Source: Eledone cirrhosa (lineage: Eukaryota). Taken from it: a stretch of 64,000 bases of DNA. The translations under genes were made by a program, and so were the position numbers. Location of the stretch: positions 81,468,001 through 81,532,000 of the forward strand of contig OZ024747.1 of the NCBI GenBank assembly GCA_964016885.1, written 5' to 3'. This document shows positions 1-14,280 of this stretch, piece by piece (the stretch's first letter is position 1; every line of letters begins with the position of its first letter). Below the pieces are notes generated by a model that saw only the letters and a list, made by a program, of their open reading frames with translations, did not search any database and was not told where the DNA came from.

Positions 1-2585
1 TTCTATAGTATAAATCATTATATTAAAGTAACAACATTACATCATAATTTTATGTAGGAATCTTTTTTAAGTTATGCTCCAAACAACTTAACAATGAGAA
101 AGTTAGTTATATTACTAAATCCCTTCAAACACTTGATCATTTTGAAATTAATTGAAAATCATAGGAAGTGTCTTTCATCAGAAATATCGTGAAATATAGG
201 TTAATCAAGCAACAAAAATGAATAAAAGAAGTACACAATTCTTTAGAATTTGGCTATATTCCAAAATAGGAATGGTTGTTGGGGAGCACAACAAATAAAG
301 ATAGGGAAAATAGTCAAGAAAAATAAGCTATTAAACCATTCATTAGTTAAAGAGTGATGAACTGAGATTTGTTGAAGTCAAGGTTTGCCTAGAGACAAGA
401 TGTGTACAGAAGAAAGCTACTTAGACAACAAGTCAACAAATTAAGTAGACAATTATTACTACTACCATTTTATTCATCGAACTATTTCAGACTGACGTAT
501 AACTAATAGACTTTCAGGATTAACGGAAATCTTCAGGAAATAATTATTTTTATATGAGCGAAAATGACAATTTTCTACATCTCATTTTCAGAAAAACAGA
601 TATTGTAAAAACGGTAAATTGGAGAGCAAATACCATAATCAGAGCAGTATAGTGTGTGTCTGTGTGCATGTGTGTGTGTCTGTGTCTGTGTGCATGTGTG
701 TGTGTGCGTTTGTGTGTGTATTTTATGGAAATTAATTTAGAATTAGAAGCTTCGATGCAAGTATTTATGAAAATAGTCCAACATATCAAGCATACAAGAT
801 CCGGGAGATGGAAAAATGTTGACAGTATTGCCCGTGGGACTTGAATTCACATCTGCCTTATACTGGAAGTCTGTGCCTTACCAGTTGCACCAATGTTAAT
901 TGAAAGGATTTAATCTATGTTATTGACTCAAATACATATTTTTTCAAGTCTGGTACATATTTAATCAATGTTTTTTGTCAAACTGCTAGGATATGGGACA
1001 TAAACAGAAAACATATACACAGAGATGGACACATCACATATGCATATGACAGGCTTCCACACAGTTTCCATTTACCAAATTTTGCTTGCAAGATACTGGT
1101 CAGCCAGAAGCTATAGTAAGAGATCCCTGCTGAAGGTGTCATGCAGAGGCATCAAACTCAAATACACATAGTTGCAAACCAAACTCCTTCACCACACAGC
1201 CATGCCTCTGCATATGTGTAGCTCTCTGTAATTTCAAGAAAGTGTCATCCTTCTAAATTTGATAAACATGGTACCAGTAAGCCTATTCACAAAGAATATT
1301 CCTATTAAGTAAACTCAATTGTTTAAAATCAAAGCGTTTCTTTTTTATCGTAAAAGGTTAAGAAATTATTTTAAAAATAAACTTTAAGAAATGGAATATA
1401 TTTAACAAAATTTATGATAATTATCTTTTAGCATCAATTTCTTTTGATGAATTCAAATAACGAAAAGAAAAGAAAGTAAAAAAAAATTTCAATTACTTTG
1501 CCCTTTTTTACCTTTGCCTGAAATTAGAAAAAAGAAAGAAAATACTTTAAAGACTGTTAATTCAACGATGTTCAATTTTTCTATAAATAACATTAATATT
1601 AAAATGCTGCAATGATAAACACCATCATTATAAATATAATATAATTATGATTTGACAATAAATCAAACAATGATTCGTGTAGGAATGAGGTTTGACATAG
1701 TATTGAAAAATATTAAATACATTTAGTTTGACAAAGTGTTCGTGCCAGGAAATACTACACTCTGTAAAGTTGTAGTGTTAGTTTCATGATAAAATGTACC
1801 CAGTACACACTGTCAAGGGGTTGGTATGAGGAAATGCAGTGAGCCATAGGAACCAAGCCAAATATGGAACATAAGAGGAAGACCTGATTCTCCAACCAGT
1901 TTAGTCATAAACCATGATGACCTTTCCAGATCACACCAACAGGATGATGATGATGATGAAATCAAAAATATTACTAGGATATTCTATTACTAGTGTTAAT
2001 TTATAGTCATCATTATTTTTTTAGGCAAAAAGACATGTGTCAGATAAGACTAGTAAGAACAATATGGATAAATACAAGCTATGCTTGTTAGATCATGAAA
2101 CCTTTGGTTGTAATGAATTTTTGTGCGTACAAATCATAATAAATTAAATCTGTTTATTTTCACCACTACACCTACATGCAGATATGCACACCGATATATA
2201 TTCCACCAAACTTTGCACTGTATATTGTTGCTGCATATTTTTCAAGCAAACCAAATAGTTGTATAATGGAAAGTCTATACATGGTGGAATTTGAACTCAA
2301 AACAATATGAAACCAAACTAAATATTTGAATGCAGTTTGCATTACACTTTAATATTCCAGCCACCTTTGATGCTATTTCACATATGCACACAAACAAACA
2401 GACTGACACATACATATGCACACAAGTATACACACACACACTATATATATATATATATATATTTATTATAAGTATGTGTATATATAAATATATATATTAT
2501 ATGTATGTGTATATATATACTGTGCATGTATGTGTGTACATATATATATACATATATTATAAATATGTGTATATATAAATATATA

Positions 2586-2623
<38 letters not shown>

Positions 2624-3789
2624 AGAAAATATATTATTCAATAACATTATGAAAAGAAGTAAATAAATTATTTTTTAATCTTCAAGTTGCAATCACACAT
2701 ACGCACTCTCCCCCACTCTCTATCACACACTCTATATGTATGTGTTATGTGAGAAGTGTGTGCATCCGTGTATGCGTGAAATGGTTTGATGTGTGACCCG
2801 CTATCTTTAATTAAATTTCAACTCAATGAAGCAATCAGTCAAAGACAAAATAAAAGATTAAAACAAAATTTAAAAAAAACAAATAGAAAAACAATTAATG
2901 ATGGATGTGATAGAATATAATCAAATTTAACAATGTCATCATCACTACCACCTCCATTATTATTATTATTATTATTATTATTATCATTGTTATTATCGAT
3001 GTTGTTGTTAGTATTATCGTAATATTTCAGGAGGTTCAGTTGGCTGAGACTATAACTGGCAGGAGTGAATTTATTATAGTATTTCATATTTTAATTCATC
3101 CTTTGAGTTCAAACCCTACAAAAATTATAAGTATCTTTAAACTAGCCCCAGTTGATACATGTCCTAATCCAATCCTGTCTTAATTTAATACATTCACTTA
3201 TTCTTCTTCCTATACAGAATTATCCTAGTATCCAGTCTCCAACTCAGTTAAAGATATTAACCCTAAATTGTTAGATAACAGTCCAACTAAAATCACCTCT
3301 GGTTCTACAGTACAAAACTATTCATAATTGTATGTACACCAGCTTAATAACAATGAATTGTATTGCTTTCCTCAATCCCTTCAAATTCTTGATTATTTCC
3401 AGCCATTTTTCAAAAGAAAAAAAACATCTATATATCGTAAACGTTATATCCATGTAAAAAGTGCATTTTATGTTAAACTGATAAAGAGGGCAGTTGAATT
3501 GTTGTGAAATATATTATGTCAAGCATCATCTAATACATAAAATTATGTAGACTTAGTAAACATAGCACCAGTAAGTTGAGATTTACTTATTGATGTATTC
3601 TGCTTTAGTGGTTAGGGTGTTGGCTACATGACCATAAGGTCATGTTTTCGATTCCCAAAACTGGGTTAGCAAGACACTTCATTTAATGTTGCTCTGGTTT
3701 GGCTGCGACATAATTGGTGTCAAGCTCGAAAAGTATTTGCCTTCCTCTTTAACTATATGGCCAAAGAGAAGACTTGAATGCATGAGCAA

Positions 3790-4027
3790 CCAATGGTCTT
3801 CCAAAAACTAAAATCTGTCCAGTGGTTCTTTCCTGGAACATTCTAACCACATGCCCATACTATCGGAGCTGTGACCTCTCAATTTCAAGAAGTAACAGCT
3901 CTACTTGGAGTGACACTGATCTCCGAGCTACAAACTCTATCAAGTAACATTACTCCAAAGACCCTTTGGAGGAACCCCATTTTCACTGCATGTATTCACA
4001 GTTGTATTCTTTTGGTTATTACCCAAT
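3790..4027 (-). pseudogene. Old RTE (Expander/Rex3-like) LINE fragment
   Basis: Reverse translation gives WVITK/IQL*IHAVKMGFLQRVFGVMLLDRVCSSEI/LQVELLLLEIERSQLR*YGHVVRMFQER. Confidence 0.75.
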
Positions 4028-6349
4028 AAATAGCGTAATGAAAGAGTTAATCTAGTTCTTAACATTTTTACTACTACCATTATCACATCACAAGAAATTG
4101 TTGACTTCAATCATATATACATAATCTAAATTAAGCTGAATAACAATATATAGAAAATATATAAATATGATAAATAAAATAAAACAATATTTAAAAAGTA
4201 GTAAACCATAATATACTATTGAAAATGTTAGTCTGAACCTTTCTCGAGTAAATTAATAGATAATGATGACATTTTTAAGATGATTTACAGTATCACTTTA
4301 TTGTTTCAAAATTACTCAAGCAAACATTATTTCGTTGTTTTTTGTTTTTTAATTCAGTAGCATATATTTATTGATTGTTTTGGTGAGTTATGTATATTTT
4401 TCTCTACATTTACTTTTTGTTGTTGTGCTTCATACTCCCCCAACCCAGATCCTAGTCAATTAATTAATTATTTTATCTCCATATTCCTTCTGTAATTCAA
4501 CTTGATTTCAGTGATTGAGCATATTCCAAAGACTGATGAAGAAAAATATTAACCCTTGAAACTATTTTTAAAAATACAACAAAACTAAACTTTAGTTAAA
4601 GCACTTATCATTAAATATTAATAATAATGAAAGTGTGGAAATAAATATATGAACAACGAAATATAAAAGATTATTTTGAATAATAAGAAAAATATTTGAA
4701 TCTGAAACAAGAAAGAATAAAAATATAGAATAAAAGCAAAATGCAATGATAAGTATTCATTCAGAGATAAATTAGTGAATGTTACTCAACAGACAACAGG
4801 GAAATGAAAGGGAGAATGAAGGAGGAATGAAGGAAGGTCAAGGTATCATCAGAATAGTTATGTAGAGGAGAGTTAGGAAGAACATCATGCCATGCAAAGG
4901 TTGATGTAGTAATATAAAAGGATATTGGACTATTAAAAGCACTTGGTATAATAGTTGAAGCAAGACAATTTATTTTAAATGTGCCAAACTTAGCAGCATC
5001 ATTTTTCTCTTGAAGATTAAAAACGTACACATACATACAGAAGTAGTATAGGGGCTTGTGCTCTATTATGTTTGCTACCAAGGTATCACTGAAAAGGCTG
5101 ACACTAGATTGCTTATAAGTCAGAAACTCCCATTCATGCATATTAAGGTAAGCACATAGAGAGTATGTACACCTTTCATTATACACGTGTTCAAAGACTA
5201 ATCAGGTACGATGCTTCTCTTTTTGTTGTTTTACATTAATATTGCTTAATTTGCGCAAACCATGCAGGTTTAGAATATCCACACTATGTATATTAGTCAG
5301 AGTAAACTATACAGGTATATTCATGCAGGTGAGCTTCTTATACTTTATTTAATGTAAACCATAAAGATATTGCGATGCAGAGACTTGTCATATAATTGAG
5401 TTTATGTCACACATACAGTTATGCTGGTTAGCACACACACATGCATAACATATCACATCAATATATATATATATATTGTAGCACTCCGCCTACAATATCA
5501 CATCAGTATATATATATTTATGTGTATATATATATTATGTGTATATATATATATATATATATTGATGTGATATTGTAGGCGGAGTGCTAAACTTTATTTG
5601 AATTGGTTTTATTCACTTTATTTCATACGATATATAAACTAAGTAGAAAATTTGCTTAATTTAAAGTTGCTTATAACTATATTGTCATTCATGATAGTAA
5701 TTTTCTTCTAGTCACACAGCTCTACCCTATATCTTTCATACTTCTGTATTTGAGAGATGTAATTTGAATGATATATAATGAAGATCTCTATAAGGAAAGT
5801 CTTACAGGCAGTAGCCTGTCCATCTATAGACAAATTATACTTCCATTGTTATAAGTCTGCCAAATTGAAACTAGTCTGATAATAGAGTGATTATAAAGCT
5901 AGCTATAGAACAAATATAGCACTAGATATAGACATGGCTGAGCTGTTAAGAAGGTCACTTCACAATCATGAGATCCCAGGTTCAATGCCATTAAGTAGCA
6001 TCTTGAGCTAGTGTCATGACCAAAAAGATAATGTTGATCCAAGCTTTGGGAATGAAATCAGGTTGATGGAAACTGTAGAAGCTCATTGGAGACATTGTAA
6101 CTGTAATTAAAAAGCTCAGCTTTATCACATAATGCACCACGCTGATTCAGCCTGGGAATTATTTTATGAGTTCATGTGTCTGTGGAATACTCAACCCTTT
6201 ATACACTAATTCATGAGTTGGACGTTCAGTTGATTGAATAACTGAACAGTTATCAAAACTGACAGAAGATCCATAATATTGGAACGTCAGCACATAGGCA
6301 TGATCTACCTACCAATTCTATATAACAACATGGTATGTAGATTAATATT

Positions 6350-6533
6350 TGTTTCTACTTTAGGCACAAGGCCAGCAATTACCCAGTGCATTACTGGTAC
6401 TTTATTTTATCGACCCCGTAAGGATGAAAGGCAAAGTCAACCTCGGCGGGATTTGAACTCAGATCGTAAAGGGACGTAACTATGCTTGAAAGCATGGCGT
6501 CCGACCCTCTACCGATACTGCCAATCCACCGCC
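6350..6533 (-). mobile_element. tRNA-derived SINE family A (~185 bp), full length, 16-bp TSD
   Basis: A-box-like tggcagtatcgg, B-box gagttcaaatcc, central gcctttcatccttacggggtcgataaaataaagtaccag (Meta/MESC-like by recall). TSD tatgtagattaatatt at 6334-6349 and 6535-6550. Confidence 0.92.
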
Positions 6534-9500
6534 CTATGTAGATTAATATTACTATACAGCAAGGGTGTATTAATGTACAAAATTGCTGATGCAATTCTAT
6601 TTTCTAGCTTTTAACAATTATACTTCTTTTCTGATACACTTGAATTTCTTCTTAAAATATAACAGATGACTTTCCAAAGCTATCTCTCATATTCTAAGTA
6701 TTTTATCTCAAATTTGATTTTTGCTTTAGACTTGAAAAAACTTTTAAAATAAATTGGTTTATTTTATTGATCTACTTGCGTATTCATTTATCAATGTATT
6801 ATTTGTTTATAGGTCCTTGCTTTGTTTATTGAAACAACCATCACACAAATGTGTCAGAAGAAACAGTGAACAGGATAAGGTCAGGTGTCATAATTAAACA
6901 CAAGGTGGGAAATACAGGATGACAAGTTAGAAAAAGAAAAAAGCTGATGATTATAATATCTAATAAAAAGTAGAATAAATTATCAGGGATCAAACCTGGA
7001 TATTTTCTATTTCCTGAAAAAAAATGACAAAAAAAAAATGGAAAAGAGGAAAGACAATGAGAAATGCTTGTGTAAATGGCAAGAGAATTTTGTTAAGGGA
7101 AATGAAAAAAAAACATTAAAAATAATTCAATGATTCATTCAAACAACGCCATAGATATTGTCAACATTATCAGCATACAATATCTTGTAGAGTTTATGTA
7201 ACTACTGACATTTAGTGAGATAATGTAGCAATGTCTAAAATAATATTTAGAACTTCAGCTTGTTCTTTAACCCTATCATACCAAATTGCCTGAAACTGCC
7301 TTGAATTTTTTGTAAATAAATGTTCTAAATATCAGCTTACGGTTGAATAACTTAGTTATTTTATTAAACATACTGCCTTTCAATCTACTTGGAGGAAAAG
7401 TACCAATTTTGTTTCACAATTTCGTTTGGCAAACATATTTGTTCTAATTGCTTCATCTATGATTGCAAAAAAATTTAGTGCAAGAAAGTGAAAGTAAAAC
7501 AAAAATAATTAAAAATAGAAGCAATTCCTTCTTAAACCCAAAACCTTGAGCCACTTAGGAGCTATGTAAGCTGGGGAGAGGGGGTATGGGAACCCCTCCC
7601 CCTGCTTTATTCCTGAATCACAATTGCTATAACAATGAACATTGGCACAAGCATAGATCATTAATATGTATATATTTCTACATTACAAAAATGTTGCTGC
7701 CATCATTATTTCTCAGTTGACGTCATTAGATGTACCCAGATGTGTTAAAATTTACTACTTTTATAGTGTTCAAAATTTTCCCAAACTATTTAGGCTATGA
7801 CTATGACACGTCACAGGGATATAGTTACTGTCATGTACTTTCTCTTTGCCATGTTTGCTAACAATTGTTTCTAATTTAAGCACAAGGCTGGTGGTTTGAA
7901 GGGGAAGGGAAAGTTGATTAAAACTCAGTGCATTACTGGTGCTTCATTTTATCTCAGAGTGCCATACACACTCCCTCAGGCTTAATAGGGTTAAGATGAG
8001 CAATAGGAACTAAGCTAGTATCTTCCTCTATCAACCACTTCTACTTGACAATACTCTCATTGTAAAAATACCACTATATCTAAATGAGAAAAAAAAGAGA
8101 AAGAAATTCACCTCAATTTTAAAAAGCTTATAACACCTGTCACTGAATTAATCACTGAATTTAGCTGTATATAAATGGTGGCAAGCAGTGAAATTGCACC
8201 CCTCCCCAATGGGCCTAATAATTTAGTTGTATATAAATCCATCAAATCCATCAAATTTTAAAATAGAAATTTTAAAATCAAATTCTGTAAAAATCATTCA
8301 GAAATATGTAGCAGGTATACAGAACCTTTCAAAAAATGACTACTTTACATCTATTTATCATCAACAGATGTATTGGATACATGCTAAGTTTACACTCAGT
8401 TATACATTCTTTAGTTTAATTGTGTTTACACAAACTCTGTCATATATTTAAAATATCTTAGTTGCAAGCCCTTTGATTTTTAATTTGTTAATTTTTGAAT
8501 GTTAAACACAGAGCTATCTATATGATAAAAATATATTGTATTTCTCATTCTGCTCCCTTAAATGTGAATCGGAATTTCAAATCATAAAAATACTAACTTC
8601 AAAGTAGCTGAAAAGGAAATAAATCTTAACCGTAAAAACTATATGACACAAAAGAAAAAAAAAAATTTAACAAGAAGAAAGAAAAAAATTTCATAACCTT
8701 CAGCAATTAGATGGAAATAGAACAGACCAAATATGGCAAGTCTTCTAACTAAATGAAATTAATTAACAAATTAACAGAGAACACAATCAAGTGAGTAGAA
8801 AATTCTCCTCATTTCATTGATGCTTTATTTCTGACAATTTTTATTCCAGTTTATTTATTTATTTACAGGTTAGTTTAGTTCCGAAGTCAAAAACACCACG
8901 CATACAAATGCAAAACTATTTTTCTCTCTTTCTTTCTTTTACTCACTTATTTGCTCACACTCACACACACACGCACACAACAGGAAAATGTATGGAATAA
9001 AACTGTGACAATGAAAATAAGGAAAATAAAAAAAATGTAAACTGTTTAAAATATGAGTGGGAAATATATAGAAATAGAAAATATAACATGTAAAAATGAA
9101 AAAAAAGGAAAATGAAATGCTACACACAAATTATATTAAAATGCAGAAAAATAGATTTGTTGTTAGGGAAATCTATTTTGTTTTCATATTCCTAACAATG
9201 ACAACAATGACAACAAGATAATTTCATTAAGAAGTAATTGATGTTAAAATAAAAACAAGGAAATAAAAATTATAAAAAGAAACATGATTGAAAAAATTAA
9301 AAAAAAAACAAGAAATAGTTTGTTTGAAAATGAATTAGAAATTTTACTATGATGTTATTTATTCCCTGCTGGTATTTTTAGTGTTGATTTTTTTTTTTTT
9401 TGCTAATTTCCACTGAAATATCAAGCCATCAATTGAAAGACTGGGTGTTCAGTACAGTTTTAAGAAGTTATTAAATACTCCATGCATAGAGTTTGGATGT

Positions 9501-9779
9501 TGTATTTCTCTTGTTTAAAGTAAAAATGTTCTGTATTTGTAAGCATATTTGTTCTATGTTGTGTGTCATTCCAATTGCATATTTATTTGCCTATCTTTCA
9601 TTTTTCTAGTATGTCAGACCACTGACATACATGAATAGTTATTAAATTGTATCTCACTGGATCTGGACATACATAGATGTAGGCTTGGCCATATATCAGT
9701 GACTGAAGTAAAAGTTTATCAACTAAATTAAGATAACGACAAATGTCCAGGGAGCATGTATAAGAAGTGTGATGCAGCA

Positions 9780-10060
9780 TATAGTGAGAGATGGGCATTG
9801 AATGTGGAAAATTGGCAAAAGCTGGATAAAATTAAGACAGCTGTGACAAGTCTTGTTAATTGAGTTATGTTAACTTGCATCACTAGTGAGTCGGAAGAGC
9901 AGCTGGACATTAAAGGTTTTATGAAATGTATGCTGGAGAGAAGATTGTACAGGTATGGATATGTGATGTGAATAGGCAATGATTACTGAGAGAAAATATG
10001 TTGTATGCTTTCAATTGAATATACTTTTGATCAAAAATCACTGAGGAAGACATGGGAACA
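9780..10060 (+). pseudogene. Highly degraded RTE 3' fragment
   Basis: catatagtgagagatgggcattg (SE.WAL-like), ctggagagaagattgtacaggtatggatatgtgatg (ERRL..YG.VM) and aggaagacatggg (RKTW). Confidence 0.65.
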
Positions 10061-10404
10061 TGTTGATTCTCAGAAAAGATGGGACACATTCAAGATTCGC
10101 AGTTAATTGCTGTACCACCTACCAAACAAAATAATGCGAGAAAATTAAATCAAATATTCAAATAATGACATTATTTAAACCATCACACTTATTAAATTCC
10201 AATAAACATAATTCAATGAGTATCTTTCAGTTAATAAGAATTCACACAAACGTACACCAACAATACAGGGAATGATTGTATTTGCATTTGCATATAAGGT
10301 CTATCTGTGTGTGACAATTTATATGTGTATATGGTGGAGTTTCAGCATATATGAATATGAGAAGATATATTTACATTAGTGAACAACAGAGAAAGTGTAC
10401 TCAC

Positions 10405-10587
10405 CTGTACACAATATATTCGGTCCACTCCATGTACCATCTTCCCTGCACATTGCACGCTCTTCTCCGTCAGCATTGAATCCCACTTCACACTTATATG
10501 TCAGTACTGTACCAGCAGGAAAGCTGTCTTGCCCTTTGGGTGCATTGTGATAAGCATTTTGAATATCTGGGGGTCTATTACACAGAA
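10405..10587 (-). CDS. Internal coding exon encoding one complete sushi/CCP (SCR) domain; LEV-9/Hasp-like extracellular protein
   Basis: Minus strand reads ttttctgttctttacatttcag|TTCTGTGT...TTGTGTACAG|gtgagtac (strong acceptor and donor). 183 bp, phase 1-1, open frame xLCNRPPDIQNAYHNAPKGQDSFPAGTVLTYKCEVGFNADGEERAMCREDGTWSGPNILCT with the C-PP, Y-C--GF, C---G-WS---C sushi signature. The LEV-9-like assignment is from recalled similarity only. Confidence 0.93.
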
Positions 10588-10656
10588 CTGAAATGTAAAG
10601 AACAGAAAATAACCTATGTATAATGCAACATATTTAAATCATTATAAATTTCGACA

Positions 10657-10808
10657 TTATATATATATATATATATATATAAATATATATATATGCATAT
10701 ATATATACACATATATATACACACACACATATATATACACATATATATATACATACATATACACACACATATATATACATATATATACACACATATATAT
10801 ATATACAC

Positions 10809-10841
<33 letters not shown>

Positions 10842-11088
10842 TATATATACATATACACACATATATATATACATATATATACACACATATATATATACAT
10901 ATATATACACATATATATACACACATATATATATACATATATATATACACACACATATATATATATATATACACATATATACACGCACATATATATATAC
11001 ATATATGTACACATATATATATATATATACACATATGTACACATATATATATACACATATATATATATATACACACATATATATATAT
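10657..11088. repeat. Compound (TA)n/(CA)n microsatellite; similar large tracts at 24230-24398, 24602-25280, 27128-27571, 28707-28775, 29500-29790, 40193-40428, 54930-55170, 63620-63735
   Basis: Directly visible. Source of the YI/YT/CV repeat ORFs. Confidence 0.97.
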
Positions 11089-11855
11089 AGGAGTGGAGAG
11101 GCTTGCCATTCACAAATATCAAGTGATATAACCAATACATTTTTTAATTTACCATTAACCTTTTCATATTTATAGATTCATATCTATACATTCATTTTTA
11201 AAACAGAAAACAAAATTATTAGATATTTCTGTTTTAATTATTCAACACTAATCCTGATGACATTGTTTCGATTTATGTGTTGGTCTTCATTATTCTAGTT
11301 TGGTTGAACATAAGCTAACAATTCTGCTTGACAGTTTCTGCTGCCAAAATTCTGCACAAACAACCAATACACATCTCCAATGTAAGGTTATCATGGCCTT
11401 CGCGTTGTCCTTTGTCTATTGATAATAGCCTCCACAATATTTAAGCTGTGTGTGTGAATAATTTAAATATTATCTCTTAGGTATACCATTAAATTTAAAA
11501 TCACATAAGCCTGGAAATCCTTCATGGAAAATTTTTAAAAGATTAGTTATTGTCAAGTTTCCATCATTATATATACATATATATATATATCCAGGGCCAG
11601 GGAATGTAAGTTGGAGTTACTGTAGGTTCACCTGGGTGAGCACTCGATGTTTAGGTTCACTTCAGTGTCGAGGTGTAGAGTTAGACAGAGTGTATTATAG
11701 CGAAATAAGATAACAAGGATGATTGGTTACTCCTTCATTAATATTACAAGGGTCTGATGAGCCGCGGATTACAGAGTTGGGGGTCAGATCGATACAGATT
11801 GAACCTTGAGCTGATCACACAATAAACGTGTGTATGTGTATGTATGTATATATAT

Positions 11856-11974
11856 AAGGAAAAGAATTTGAAAATGCAACTGGAGTCTTTTTAAGAATAT
11901 TTCCTTTACTGGTTTCACAGTTCTTATGCTTTTCAAAGTTAAAAGTGATATGGAGGGTTTGTGGCTTGTCTTGC
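11856..11974 (-). mobile_element. Single-arm copy of the 28773 (UUGANAA hammerhead) family, decayed
   Basis: Reverse complement ttgaaaa-gcataagaactgt-gaaa-ccag-ta-aagg...ctccagttgcattttcaaattcttttcc. TA-repeat flanks. Confidence 0.7.
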
Positions 11975-12003
11975 ATATATATATTAAAGGTAAGAATATA
12001 TAT

Positions 12004-12061
12004 CCCGTCTAACCCATGCTAGCGTGGAAGATGAACGTTAAACGAAGATGATGATGATGAT
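12004..12061 (+). mobile_element. Extreme 3' tip of RTE LINE (similar tips at 42170-42208 + and 56060-56112 -)
   Basis: cccgtctaacccatgctagcgtggaagatgaacgttaaacgaagatgatgatg matches the terminus of the 25279-26977 element. Confidence 0.85.
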
Positions 12062-12717
12062 ACAAATCTCAAATGTATCTAGAGAATCACATACGATAGT
12101 ATATAAGATAAAAAGGTGGATTTTGCGGGTAGAAAATGTCAGAAAGGCAGACATAAACATGGAGCAAATATAATCAAATATAAAGTTGGAAAAATTAGCT
12201 TTTAAATAATTTTTAATTCCTTACACATGTTTCAAGAGAAGTATATATCAAATTATTAGAAGAATGTTACATGAATCTGTATAAAGAAGATCTATACATA
12301 TAACATTATATACAGATATAATTTGTACCTCTTGATTTCCAGGGAATTAAAAAATCCCATTAAATTCAAGCAGAATATATCCAAAATTCAATTTGCATCT
12401 TATAAGGTAAAGAGAACATCTCAATTTTACCCATCAGCATAGCAATAGCGAATGACTAAAATTCAATATGAAAAAAATGATTTAAAGCTAATTTTCCATC
12501 AATAAATTTGATTATATATGAAAATATTCAAGACCTCGACAGCTGAGCTCTGGCCATTTTGGCAGCTAGATCTGACATTTGATTATATATATATATGTGT
12601 GTGTGTCTGAAAAGTAAAAACAAACAACAAAGCAAAGAGCACAGTATAATGAAGAACTATATTAGTTAAACAGGCCAGCATCATTGGTTGCCATTGAATC
12701 ATAGGTTTTACACACAA

Positions 12718-12768
<51 letters not shown>

Positions 12769-14280
12769 CATAGCTGTAAATATTTTTATACAATATTTGA
12801 ATTTAGAAAAAGTCATTCAATGACATTAATATATAGCAGTTTTCGTATGAAAAGTTCAAAATTATGTATCAAAAAAACATTGAGGTGACCATTTCAAAAA
12901 TACATTTGTTCTTGGTGAATATATGGTAAGTTGGCTGTTGGCAAGATATCCAGTTACAAATGCCTCCTGTCTTGTTTTACAAAAGGAGCTTTTTAGGTAT
13001 CTTGTTTGATTGTAAGTAAAACTAATGAAGATTTTTCTCTTTTGTGAATTGATGTATCATTAACATTGTGTACAACATCTTTAGAATGAAAGAAATAGTT
13101 GTTCTAGCTTCAGATAAATGTATTTGAATAGACAGAAAACCATATTTGAAAGATAAAGACATACAAAACATAGCTTTTATCATCAATACTAAAATGAGTT
13201 AAAAACATTATAAGTGTAAATTCATTTCAAGCAATACAAAATGTTTTATTTAATAATAGTTGATGCTTTTCTTTATCTCTGGGAAAAGGTGAACACCATG
13301 GAGTGACATGACCTGAGAACAAACATTTTTTAAAATTGAAACCACATCCTATATTGCTGACATTCTTAAAATTACGTGATTCATACAATTCCATTTAAAC
13401 ACATGGATAAATACATTGCTTTACATACTTAACAATATGTGTTCTTCATCAGTAAATCTACATTTTTCTGGAACTTTTGATACTACATAAACACATTCCA
13501 TTACAATTGTTCTGTCCATGTATTTCTAACAGCTACCAATATAAATATATTTTCAGTATAATTTATCTTCATTACGAGAACTCTACGAAACCCACTCAAC
13601 CTTTACAAATATGGAAGGATTCTTTTCCCATATCACAAAAAAATAACAATAACTGAATCCCAGATCTTGAGAAAATTATTTAGTTTTCTGAAACACAATT
13701 GATATATGATTTGATGGTTTGTAGTCATAGGAAACCTCTGTTACAATGCTGTATAAATCAATACAATCACAAGTCTTCGGAGAACCCTCATTTCAGATCG
13801 ATTTATATATCCATTGATTTGGTAATATCTCTGATAGATAAATAGCAAATTCTGGACACTGATATAAGAATCCTGTTTTAATTATATCAGTAGGCTCTGA
13901 GTGGCCTACCCAGGAAAGCTGCATAGATCTATTAATTCGTTTTCAAAACATTCTCTTAGAAACTAAGCCTTTATATAATTAATGCATTGATATGAAAATC
14001 TGCATTATATAGCTTTCCACTGAATCTCCAGGATGCAGTGAGATTGTGTTAGTCACCAATTTATAAATGTATATCAACATATTATATAACGACACCTATG
14101 CATTTTGATTGTTTATCATGACTCATCCATGATATAATTTTTTCAGTTTCAACACATGATCTGAGATCACATCTCTTGTCAGAGAAGTACAACTCCAGAC
14201 AAATCCACTATTAGTGAAAAACATATATTAGTTTATAACTTGTAGTAAGTTCTATTTGAGGAAACGTTATTTCTTCTGTA

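Noticed and set aside
4526-4570. ctgatga...gaaa hammerhead-like spacing (also 488-540 -, 11254-11295 -, 38478-38525 +, 28477 +)
   Set aside because: Core words are present but stem I or stem III cannot be paired. They may be old remnants but are not supportable individually.
4782-5186. 134-aa minus-strand ORF
   Set aside because: No domain signature or clear splice sites. Probably decayed repeat sequence.
7268-7993. Single TTAA-flanked element from ttaaccctat...atagggttaa
   Set aside because: Only a 10-bp match, and the ends appear to belong to different degraded elements.
10614-11175. Long YI/YT/CV-repeat ORFs (also 24082-25391, 26916-27926, 29323-29872, 40084-40564, 41127-41952)
   Set aside because: Translations of dinucleotide/trinucleotide microsatellites that lack stops by composition. 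No splice or homology signal.
12890-14270. Possible degraded Penelope RT/GIY-YIG coding region on the minus strand
   Set aside because: Only vague motif resemblance (VSLYN, FPMT) with wrong spacing and many stops. Needs translated HMM search.
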